Shown here piece by piece: positions 44,301 through 56,300 of a stretch of 62,000 nucleotides of DNA. A program made the translations under genes and the position numbers. This DNA is from Acanthaster planci (Eukaryota), in the NCBI RefSeq assembly GCF_001949145.1, contig NW_019091403.1, positions 1,612,001-1,674,000 on the forward strand. The letters are read 5' to 3'. The number at the start of each line of letters is the position of its first letter. Within the stretch, counting starts at the first letter, position 1. Under the pieces are notes generated by a model, which worked only from the letters and a program-made list of their open reading frames with translations, ran no database searches and had not been told where the DNA came from.

Positions 44301-47300
44301 NNNNNNNNNNNNNNNNNNNNNNNNNNNNNNNNNNNNNNNNNNNNNNNNNNNNNNNNNNNNNNNNNNNNNNNNNNNNNNNNNNNNNNNNNNNNNNNNNNNN
44401 NNNNNNNNNNNNNNNNNNNNNNNNNNNNNNNNNNNNNNNNNNNNNNNNNNNNNNNNNNNNNNNNNNNNNNNNNNNNNNNNNNNNNNNNNNNNNNNNNNNN
44501 NNNNNNNNNNNNNNNNNNNNNNNNNNNNNNNNNNNNNNNNNNNNNNNNNNNNNNNNNNNNNNNNNNNNNNNNNNNNNNNNNNNNNNNNNNNNNNNNNNNN
44601 NNNNNNNNNNNNNNNNNNNNNNNNNNNNNNNNNNNNNNNNNNNNNNNNNNNNNNNNNNNNNNNNNNNNNNNNNNNNNNNNNNNNNNNNNNNNNNNNNNNN
44701 NNNNNNNNNNNNNNNNNNNNNNNNNNNNNNNNNNNNNNNNNNNNNNNNNNNNNNNNNNNNNNNNNNNNNNNNNNNNNNNNNNNNNNNNNNNNNNNNNNNN
44801 NNNNNNNNNNNNNNNNNNNNNNNNNNNNNNNNNNNNNNNNNNNNNNNNNNNNNNNNNNNNNNNNNNNNNNNNNNNNNNNNNNNNNNNNNNNNNNNNNNNN
44901 NNNNNNNNNNNNNNNNNNNNNNNNNNNNNNNNNNNNNNNNNNNNNNNNNNNNNNNNNNNNNNNNNNNNNNNNNNNNNNNNNNNNNNNNNNNNNNNNNNNN
45001 NNNNNNNNNNNNNNNNNNNNNNNNNNNNNNNNNNNNNNNNNNNNNNNNNNNNNNNNNNNNNNNNNNNNNNNNNNNNNNNNNNNNNNNNNNNNNNNNNNNN
45101 NNNNNNNNNNNNNNNNNNNNNNNNNNNNNNNNNNNNNNNNNNNNNNNNNNNNNNNNNGTGCCCTTTCAGATGACACCAAGATTGCAAGATTTAGATAATT
45201 TTGAGATCTTTTATACTTGAAAAAGCATTCCCTGTGCAAGTAAAGGACCTGGTAAACCAACATGTCAGATTTACGCAAAAAATAAAGCAGTCAGACAAGA
45301 ATCCGCTATTCCTTTGCCAGATATTTCCGTAACTACAGCAAATATGCATATGAAACTTATGTGATAGATAGAGGAACATGTGTCCTTTCAGATGACACCA
45401 AGATTGCAAGATTTAGATAATTTTGAGATCTTTTATACTTGAATAAGCATTCCTTTTGCGAGTAAAGGACCCAGTATAACTCATGTCATAGTTACGCAAA
45501 ATATAAGCAGTCAAACAAGAATCCGCCATTCCTTTTCCGGATATTTCCCTAACTACAGCAAATAAGGATATGAAACTTACATGAATAGATACAGGAACAT
45601 GTGCCCTTTCAGATGACACCAAGATTGCAAGATTTAGATAATTTTGAGATCTTTTATACTTGAATAAGCAATCCCCGTGCGAGTAAAGGACCCAGTATAA
45701 CTCATGTCAGGGTTACGCAAAAAATAAAGCGGTCAGCCAAGAACCTGCTCATCCTTTTCCTAAATATTTCCCTAACTACAGTAATTATGGATATAAAACT
45801 TACATGAATAGATAGCGGAACATGTGCCCTTTCAGATGACACCAAGATTACAGGATTTAGATAATTTTGAGATCTTTTATACTTGAAAAAGCATTCCCTG
45901 TGCAAGTAAAGGATCCGATATACCACCATGTCAGATTTACGCAAAAAATTTAACAGTCAGACAAGAACCCGCTCATCCTTTTCCAGATATTTCCCTAACT
46001 AGAGCAAATATGGACATAAAATTTACATGAATAGATGACGATCATGTGCCCTTTCAGATGACACCAAGATTGCAAGATTTGGATAATCTTGAGATCTTTT
46101 ATACTTGAAAAAGCATTCCCTGTGCAAGTAAAGGATCCGCTATACCACCATGTCAGATTTACGCAAAAATTAAACAGTCAGACAAGAATCCGCTATTCCT
46201 TTTTCAAGTATGAAAGATCGCAAAATTATCTAAATCTTGCAATTTTTTGTGTCATCTGAAAGGGCACATGTTCCTCTATCTATTCATGTAAGTTTCATAT
46301 CCATTTTTGCTCCAGTTAGGGAAATATTTGGAAAAGGATCAGCGGATTCTTGGCTGACTGCTTCATTTTCAGCGTAACTCTGACATGGTGGTATACCGGG
46401 TCCTTTCCTTGCACAGAGAATGCTTACTGAAGTATGAAAGATCTTAAAATTATCTGAATCTTGCAATCTTGGTGTCATCGGAAAGGGCACATGTTCCTCT
46501 ATCTATTCATGTAAGTTTCATATTCATATTTACTGTAGTTAGGGAAATATCTGGAAAAAGATGAGCGGGTTCTTGGCTGACTGCTTTATTTTTTGCGTAA
46601 ATCTGACATGGTGGTATACCGGGTCCTTTAATCGGACAGGGAATGCTTCTTCAAGTATAAAAGATCTCAAAATTATCCAAATCTTGCAATCTTGGTGTTA
46701 TCTGAAAGGGCACATGTTGCTCTATCTATTCATGTAAGTTTCATATGCATATTTGCTGTAGTTACGGAAATATCTGGCAAAGGAATAGCGGATTCTTGTC
46801 TGCCTGCTTTATTGTTTGCGTAAATCTGACATGGTGGCATACCGGGTACTTTACTAGCACAGGGAATGCTTATTCAAGTATAAAAGATCTCAAAATTATC
46901 TAAATCTTGCAATCTTGGTGTCATCTGAAAGGGCACATGTTCCTGTATCTATTCATGTAAGTTTCATATCCTTATTTGCTGTAGTTAGGGAAATATCCGG
47001 AAAAGGAATGGCGCATTCTTTTCTGACTGCTTATATTTTGCGTAACTATGACGTGGTGATTTTTCTAGGTACACAACTCGCAAAGAGAATGCGTATTCAA
47101 GTATAAAAGATCTCAAAATCATCTAAACCTTGCAATCTTGGTGTCATCTGAAACGGCACATGTTCCTGTATCTGTTCATATAAGTTTCATATCCATATTC
47201 ACTGTAGTTAGGGAAATATCTGGAAAAAGATGAGTCTGTTTTTGTCTGACTGCTTAAATTTTTTGCGTAAATCTGACATGGTGGTATACTGGGTCCTTTA

Positions 47301-50300
47301 CTCGCACAGGGAATGCTTATTCAAGTATAAAAGATCTCAAAATTATCCAAATCTTGCAATCTTGGTGTCATCTGAAAGGGCACATGTTCCTCTATCTATT
47401 CATGTAAGCTTCACATCAATATCTGGAAAAGGAATAGCGGATTCTTGTATGACTGCCTATATTTTGCGTAACTTTGACGTGGCTACCTACCAGTTACACA
47501 ACTCACAAAGAGAATGCGTATTCAAGTGTAAAAGATCTCAAAATCATCTTAAATTAATCTTGCAATCTTGGTGTCATCTGAAAGGGCACATGTTCCTCTA
47601 TCTATTGACGTAAGTTTCATATCCATATTTACTGTAATTAGGGAAAAATCTGGCAAAGGAATAGTGGATTCTTGTCCGACTTCTTTATTTTTTGCGTAAA
47701 TCTGACATGGTGGTATACCGGGTCCTTGGTGTCATCTGAAAGGGCACATGTTCCTCTGTCTATTCATGTAAGCTTCATATCCATATTTGCTGTAGTTAGG
47801 GAAATATCTGGAAAAGGATGAGCGGGTTCTTGTCTGACTGCTTTATTGTTTGCGTAAATCTGACATGGTGGTATACCGGGTCCTTTACTCGCACAGGGAA
47901 TGCTTATTCAAGTATAAAAGATCTCAAAATTATCCAAATCTTGCAATCTTGGTGTCATCTGAAAGGGCACATGATCGTCTATCTATTCATGTAAATTTTA
48001 TGTCNNNNNNNNNNNNNNNNNNNNNNNNNNNNNNNNNNNNNNNNNNNNNNNNNNNNNNNNNNNNNNNNNNNNNNNNNNNNNNNNNNNNNNNNNNNNNNNN
48101 NNNNNNNNNNNNNNNNNNNNNNNNNNNNNNNNNNNNNNNNNNNNNNNNNNNNNNNNNNNNNNNNNNNNNNNNNNNNNNNNNNNNNNNNNNNNNNNNNNNN
48201 NNNNNNNNNNNNNNNNNNNNNNNNNNNNNNNNNNNNNNNNNNNNNNNNNNNNNNNNNNNNNNNNNNNNNNNNNNNNNNNNNNNNNNNNNNNNNNNNNNNN
48301 NNNNNNNNNNNNNNNNNNNNNNNNNNNNNNNNNNNNNNNNNNNNNNNNNNNNNNNNNNNNNNNNNNNNNNNNNNNNNNNNNNNNNNNNNNNNNNNNNNNN
48401 NNNNNNNNNNNNNNNNNNNNNNNNNNNNNNNNNNNNNNNNNNNNNNNNNNNNNNNNNNNNNNNNNNNNNNNNNNNNNNNNNNNNNNNNNNNNNNNNNNNN
48501 NNNNNNNNNNNNNNNNNNNNNNNNNNNNNNNNNNNNNNNNNNNNNNNNNNNNNNNNNNNNNNNNNNNNNNNNNNNNNNNNNNNNNNNNNNNNNNNNNNNN
48601 NNNNNNNNNNNNNNNNNNNNNNNNNNNNNNNNNNNNNNNNNNNNNNNNNNNNNNNNNNNNNNNNNNNNNNNNNNNNNNNNNNNNNNNNNNNNNNNNNNNN
48701 NNNNNNNNNNNNNNNNNNNNNNNNNNNNNNNNNNNNNNNNNNNNNNNNNNNNNNNNNNNNNNNNNNNNNNNNNNNNNNNNNNNNNNNNNNNNNNNNNNNN
48801 NNNNNNNNNNNNNNNNNNNNNNNNNNNNNNNNNNNNNNNNNNNNNNNNNNNNNNNNNNNNNNNNNNNNNNNNNNNNNNNNNNNNNNNNNNNNNNNNNNNN
48901 NNNNNNNNNNNNNNNNNNNNNNNNNNNNNNNNNNNNNNNNNNNNNNNNNNNNNNNNNNNNNNNNNNNNNNNNNNNNNNNNNNNNNNNNNNNNNNNNNNNN
49001 NNNNNNNNNNNNNNNNNNNNNNNNNNNNNNNNNNNNNNNNNNNNNNNNNNNNNNNNNNNNNNNNNNNNNNNNNNNNNNNNNNNNNNNNNNNNNNNNNNNN
49101 NNNNNNNNNNNNNNNNNNNNNNNNNNNNNNNNNNNNNNNNNNNNNNNNNNNNNNNNNNNNNNNNNNNNNNNNNNNNNNNNNNNNNNNNNNNNNNNNNNNN
49201 NNNNNNNNNNNNNNNNNNNNNNNNNNNNNNNNNNNNNNNNNNNNNNNNNNNNNNNNNNNNNNNNNNNNNNNNNNNNNNNNNNNNNNNNNNNNNNNNNNNN
49301 NNNNNNNNNNNNNNNNNNNNNNNNNNNNNNNNNNNNNNNNNNNNNNNNNNNNNNNNNNNNNNNNNNNNNNNNNNNNNNNNNNNNNNNNNNNNNNNNNNNN
49401 NNNNNNNNNNNNNNNNNNNNNNNNNNNNNNNNNNNNNNNNNNNNNNNNNNNNNNNNNNNNNNNNNNNNNNNNNNNNNNNNNNNNNNNNNNNNNNNNNNNN
49501 NNNNNNNNNNNNNNNNNNNNNNNNNNNNNNNNNNNNNNNNNNNNNNNNNNNNNNNNNNNNNNNNNNNNNNNNNNNNNNNNNNNNNNNNNNNNNNNNNNNN
49601 NNNNNNNNNNNNNNNNNNNNNNNNNNNNNNNNNNNNNNNNNNNNNNNNNNNNNNNNNNNNNNNNNNNNNNNNNNNNNNNNNNNNNNNNNNNNNNNNNNNN
49701 NNNNNNNNNNNNNNNNNNNNNNNNNNNNNNNNNNNNNNNNNNNNNNNNNNNNNNNNNNNNNNNNNNNNNNNNNNNNNNNNNNNNNNNNNNNNNNNNNNNN
49801 NNNNNNNNNNNNNNNNNNNNNNNNNNNNNNNNNNNNNNNNNNNNNNNNNNNNNNNNNNNNNNNNNNNNNNNNNNNNNNNNNNNNNNNNNNNNNNNNNNNN
49901 NNNNNNNNNNNNNNNNNNNNNNNNNNNNNNNNNNNNNNNNNNNNNNNNNNNNNNNNNNNNNNNNNNNNNNNNNNNNNNNNNNNNNNNNNNNNNNNNNNNN
50001 NNNNNNNNNNNNNNNNNNNNNNNNNNNNNNNNNNNNNNNNNNNNNNNNNNNNNNNNNNNNNNNNNNNNNNNNNNNNNNNNNNNNNNNNNNNNNNNNNNNN
50101 NNNNNNNNNNNNNNNNNNNNNNNNNNNNNNNNNNNNNNNNNNNNNNNNNNNNNNNNNNNNNNNNNNNNNNNNNNNNNNNNNNNNNNNNNNNNNNNNNNNN
50201 NNNNNNNNNNNNNNNNNNNNNNNNNNNNNNNNNNNNNNNNNNNNNNNNNNNNNNNNNNNNNNNNNNNNNNNNNNNNNNNNNNNNNNNNNNNNNNNNNNNN

Positions 50301-53300
50301 NNNNNNNNNNNNNNNNNNNNNNNNNNNNNNNNNNNNNNNNNNNNNNNNNNNNNNNNNNNNNNNNNNNNNNNNNNNNNNNNNNNNNNNNNNNNNNNNNNNN
50401 NNNNNNNNNNNNNNNNNNNNNNNNNNNNNNNNNNNNNNNNNNNNNNNNNNNNNNNNNNNNNNNNNNNNNNNNNNNNNNNNNNNNNNNNNNNNNNNNNNNN
50501 NNNNNNNNNNNNNNNNNNNNNNNNNNNNNNNNNNNNNNNNNNNNNNNNNNNNNNNNNNNNNNNNNNNNNNNNNNNNNNNNNNNNNNNNNNNNNNNNNNNN
50601 NNNNNNNNNNNNNNNNNNNNNNNNNNNNNNNNNNNNNNNNNNNNNNNNNNNNNNNNNNNNNNNNNNNNNNNNNNNNNNNNNNNNNNNNNNNNNNNNNNNN
50701 NNNNNNNNNNNNNNNNNNNNNNNNNNNNNNNNNNNNNNNNNNNNNNNNNNNNNNNNNNNNNNNNNNNNNNNNNNNNNNNNNNNNNNNNNNNNNNNNNNNN
50801 NNNNNNNNNNNNNNNNNNNNNNNNNNNNNNNNNNNNNNNNNNNNNNNNNNNNNNNNNNNNNNNNNNNNNNNNNNNNNNNNNNNNNNNNNNNNNNNNNNNN
50901 NNNNNNNNNNNNNNNNNNNNNNNNNNNNNNNNNNNNNNNNNNNNNNNNNNNNNNNNNNNNNNNNNNNNNNNNNNNNNNNNNNNNNNNNNNNNNNNNNNNN
51001 NNNNNNNNNNNNNNNNNNNNNNNNNNNNNNNNNNNNNNNNNNNNNNNNNNNNNNNNNNNNNNNNNNNNNNNNNNNNNNNNNNNNNNNNNNNNNNNNNNNN
51101 NNNNNNNNNNNNNNNNNNNNNNNNNNNNNNNNNNNNNNNNNNNNNNNNNNNNNNNNNNNNNNNNNNNNNNNNNNNNNNNNNNNNNNNNNNNNNNNNNNNN
51201 NNNNNNNNNNNNNNNNNNNNNNNNNNNNNNNNNNNNNNNNNNNNNNNNNNNNNNNNNNNNNNNNNNNNNNNNNNNNNNNNNNNNNNNNNNNNNNNNNNNN
51301 NNNNNNNNNNNNNNNNNNNNNNNNNNNNNNNNNNNNNNNNNNNNNNNNNNNNNNNNNNNNNNNNNNNNNNNNNNNNNNNNNNNNNNNNNNNNNNNNNNNN
51401 NNNNNNNNNNNNNNNNNNNNNNNNNNNNNNNNNNNNNNNNNNNNNNNNNNNNNNNNNNNNNNNNNNNNNNNNNNNNNNNNNNNNNNNNNNNNNNNNNNNN
51501 NNNNNNNNNNNNNNNNNNNNNNNNNNNNNNNNNNNNNNNNNNNNNNNNNNNNNNNNNNNNNNNNNNNNNNNNNNNNNNNNNNNNNNNNNNNNNNNNNNNN
51601 NNNNNNNNNNNNNNNNNNNNNNNNNNNNNNNNNNNNNNNNNNNNNNNNNNNNNNNNNNNNNNNNNNNNNNNNNNNNNNNNNNNNNNNNNNNNNNNNNNNN
51701 NNNNNNNNNNNNNNNNNNNNNNNNNNNNNNNNNNNNNNNNNNNNNNNNNNNNNNNNNNNNNNNNNNNNNNNNNNNNNNNNNNNNNNNNNNNNNNNNNNNN
51801 NNNNNNNNNNNNNNNNNNNNNNNNNNNNNNNNNNNNNNNNNNNNNNNNNNNNNNNNNNNNNNNNNNNNNNNNNNNNNNNNNNNNNNNNNNNNNNNNNNNN
51901 NNNNNNNNNNNNNNNNNNNNNNNNNNNNNNNNNNNNNNNNNNNNNNTTACTTTCACAGGGAATGCTTTTTCAAGTGTAAAAGATCTCAAAATTATCCAAA
52001 TCTTGCAATCTTGGTGTCATCTGAAAGGGCACATGTTTGTCTATCTATTCATGTAAGCCTCGCATCCATATTTACTGTAGTTAGAGAAATATCTTGAAAA
52101 GGAATAGCGGATTCTTGTCTGACTGCTTTATTTTTTGCGTAACCCTGACATGGTGGTATACCAGGTCCTTTACTCGCATAGGGAATGCTTATTCAAGTAT
52201 AAAAAATCTGAAAATTATCTAAATCTTGCAATCTTGGTGTCATCTAAAAGGGCTCAAGTTCCTGTATCTATTAATTCAAGTTTTATATCCATATTCACTG
52301 TAGTTAGGGAAATTTCCGGAAAAGAATTGGCGGATTCTTGTCTGACTGCTTGTAATTTGCGTAACTATGACGTGGCGATTTACCAGGTACACAAGTCGCA
52401 AAGAGAATGCGTATTCAAGCATAAAAAATATCACAATCATCCAAACCTTGCAATCTTGGTGTCATCTGAAAGGGCACATGTTTGTCTATCTATTCATGTA
52501 AGTTTCCATATCCATATTCGCTGTAGTTAGGGAAATATCTGGAAAAGGATGAGCGGATTCTTGTCTGACTGCTTTATTTTTTGCGTAACCCTGACATGGT
52601 GGTATAACAGGTCCTTTACTTGGACAGGGAATGCTTATTCAAGTATAAAAGATCTCAAAATTATCCAAATCTTGCAAATTTGGTGTCATCTAGAAGGGCA
52701 CATGTTCCTCTATCTATTCATGTAAGCCTCGCATCCATATTTAGTGTAGTTAGGGAAATATCTGGAAAAGGAATAGCGGATTCTTGTATGACTGCTTTAT
52801 TTTTTGCGTAACCCTGACATGGTGGTATACTGGGTCCTTTACTCGCATAGGGAATGCTTATTCAAGTATAAAAGATCTCAAAATTATCTAAATCTTGCAA
52901 TCTTGGTGTCATCCGAAAGGGCACATGTTCCTGTATCTATTCATGTAAGCTTCGCATCCATATTTACTGTAGTTAGGGANNNNNNNNNNNNNNNNNNNNN
53001 NNNNNNNNNNNNNNNNNNNNNNNNNNNNNNNNNNNNNNNNNNNNNNNNNNNNNNNNNNNNNNNNNNNNNNNNNNNNNNNNNNNNNNNNNNNNNNNNNNNN
53101 NNNNNNNNNNNNNNNNNNNNNNNNNNNNNNNNNNNNNNNNNNNNNNNNNNNNNNNNNNNNNNNNNNNNNNNNNNNNNNNNNNNNNNNNNNNNNNNNNNNN
53201 NNNNNNNNNNNNNNNNNNNNNNNNNNNNNNNNNNNNNNNNNNNNNNNNNNNNNNNNNNNNNNNNNNNNNNNNNNNNNNNNNNNNNNNNNNNNNNNNNNNN

Positions 53301-56300
53301 NNNNNNNNNNNNNNNNNNNNNNNNNNNNNNNNNNNNNNNNNNNNNNNNNNNNNNNNNNNNNNNNNNNNNNNNNNNNNNNNNNNNNNNNNNNNNNNNNNNN
53401 NNNNNNNNNNNNNNNNNNNNNNNNNNNNNNNNNNNNNNNNNNNNNNNNNNNNNNNNNNNNNNNNNNNNNNNNNNNNNCCCTGACATGGTGGTATACCAAG
53501 TCCTTTCCTAGCACAGGGAATGCTTATGCAAGTATAAAAGATCTCAAAATTATCGAAATCTTGCAATCTTGGTGTCATCTGAAAGGGCACATGTTCTTGT
53601 ATCTATTCATGTAAGTTTCATATCCATATTTACTCTAGTTAGGGAAATATGTGGAAAAGGATGAGCGGGTTCTTGGCTGACTGCTTTATTTTTTGCGTAA
53701 CTCTGACATGGTGGTATACCGGGTAATTTCCTTTACTCGGACAGGGAATGCTTATTCAAGTATAAAAGATCTCACAATTATCCAAATCTTGCAATCTTAG
53801 TCTAATCGGAAAGGGCACCTGTTCCTGTATCTATTCATGTAAGTTTCTTATCCATATTCGCTGTAGTTAGGGAAATATCCGGAAAAGGATGAGCGGATTC
53901 TTGTCTGACTGCTTTATTTTTTGCGTAACCCTGACATGGTGGTATACTGTGTCCTTTACTCGCATAGGGAAAGCTTATTCAAGTATAACAGTTCTCAAAA
54001 TTATCCAAATCTTGCAATCTTGGTGTCATCTGAAAGGGCACATGTTACTCTATCTATTCATGTAAGTTTCATATCCATATTCGCTGTAGTTGGAGAAATA
54101 TCTGGAAAAGGATGAGCGGGTTCCTGTCTGACTGCTTTATTGTTTGCGTAAATCTGACATGGTGGTATACCGGGTCCTTTACTCGCACAGGGAATGTTTA
54201 TTCAATTATAAAAGATCTCAAAATTATCGAAATCTTGCAATCTTGGTCTAATCGGAAAGGGCATATGTTCCTGTATCTATTCATGTAAATTTCATATCCA
54301 TATTCGCTGTAGTTAGGGAAATATCTGGAAAAGGAATAGCGGATTCTTGTCTGACTACTTTATTTTTTGCGTAATCCTGACATGGTGGTATACTGTGTCC
54401 TTTACTCGCATAGGGAAAGCTTATTCAAGTATAACAGTTCCCAAAACTATTTAAATCTTGCAATCTTGGTGTCATCTGAAAGGGCACATGTTCCTCTATC
54501 TATTCATGTAAGCTTCACATCCATATTTACTGTAGTTAGGGAAATATCTGGAAAAGGATGAGCAGGTTCTTGGCTGACTGCTTTATTTTTTGCGTAACTC
54601 TGACATGGTGGTATACCAAGTCCTTTACTCGCACAGGGAATGCTTATTCAAGTATAAAAGATCTCAAAATTATCCCAATCTTGCAATCTTGGTGTCATCT
54701 GAAAGGGCACATGTTCCTCTATCTATTCATGTAAGCTTCATATCCATATTTACTGTAGTTAGGGAAATATGTGGAAAAGGATTAGCGGGTTCTTGGCCGA
54801 CTGCTTTATTTTTGGCGTAACTCTGACATGGTGATATAGCGGGTCCTTTCCTTGCACAGAGAATGCTTACTGAAGTATGAAAGATCTCAAAATTATCTAA
54901 ATCTTGCAATCTTGATGCCATCTGAAAGGGCACATGTTACTCTATCTATTCATGTGAGCTTCATATCCATATTTACTGTAGTTAGGGAAATATGTGGAAA
55001 AGGATGAGCGGGTTCTTGGCTGACTGCATTATTTTTGGCGTAAATCTGACATGGTGGTATACTGGGTTCTTTACTCGCATAGGGAATGCTTATTCAAGTA
55101 TAAAAGATCTCAAAATCATCTAAATCTTGTACTCGTGGTGTCATCTGAGAGGGCAGCTGTTCCTCTATCTATTCATGTAAGTTTCATATCCATATTCGCT
55201 GTAGTTAGAGAAATATCTGGAAAAGGAATAGCGGATTCTTGTCTCACTGCTTTATTTTTTGCGTAAATCTGACATGGTGGTATATTGGGCCCTTTACTCG
55301 GACAGGGAATGCTTATTCAAGTATAAAAGNNNNNNNNNNNNNNNNNNNNNNNNNNNNNNNNNNNNNNNNNNNNNNNNNNNNNNNNNNNNNNNNNNNNNNN
55401 NNNNNNNNNNNNNNNNNNNNNNNNNNNNNNNNNNNNNNNNNNNNNNNNNNNNNNNNNNNNNNNNNNNNNNNNNNNNNNNNNNNNNNNNNNNNNNNNNNNN
55501 NNNNNNNNNNNNNNNNNNNNNNNNNNNNNNNNNNNNNNNNNNNNNNNNNNNNNNNNNNNNNNNNNNNNNNNNNNNNNNNNNNNNNNNNNNNNNNNNNNNN
55601 NNNNNNNNNNNNNNNNNNNNNNNNNNNNNNNNNNNNNNNNNNNNNNNNNNNNNNNNNNNNNNNNNCCTCTATCTATTCATGTAAGTTTTATATCCATATT
55701 TGCTCTAATTAGGGAAATATCTGGAAAAGGATGAGCGGGTTCTTGGCTGACTGCTTTATTTTTTTGCGTAACTCTGACATGGTAGTATACCGGGTCCTTT
55801 CCTTGCACAGAGAATGCTTATTCAAGTATGAAAGATCGCAAAATTATCTAAATCTTGCAATCTTGGTGTCATCTGAAAGGGCACATGTTCCTCTATCTAT
55901 TCATGTAAGCTTCACATCCATAATTGCTTTAGTTAAGGAAATATCTGGAAAAGGATAAGCGGGTTCTTGGCTGACTGCTTTATTTTTTGCCTAACTCTGA
56001 CATGGTGGTATACCAGGTCCTTTCCTTGCAAAGAAAATGCTTACTGAAGTATGAAAGATCTCAAAATTATCTAGATCTTGCAATCTTGATGCCATCTGAA
56101 GGGGCACATGTTCCGCTATCTATTCATGTAAGCTTCGCATCCATATTTACTGTAGTTCGGGAAATATCTGGAAAAGGAACAGCGGATTCTTGTCTTACTG
56201 CTGTATTTTTTGCGTAACCCTCACATGGTGGTATACTGGGTCCTTTACTCGCATAGGGAACGCTTATTCAAGTATAAAAGATCTCAGAATTATCCACATC

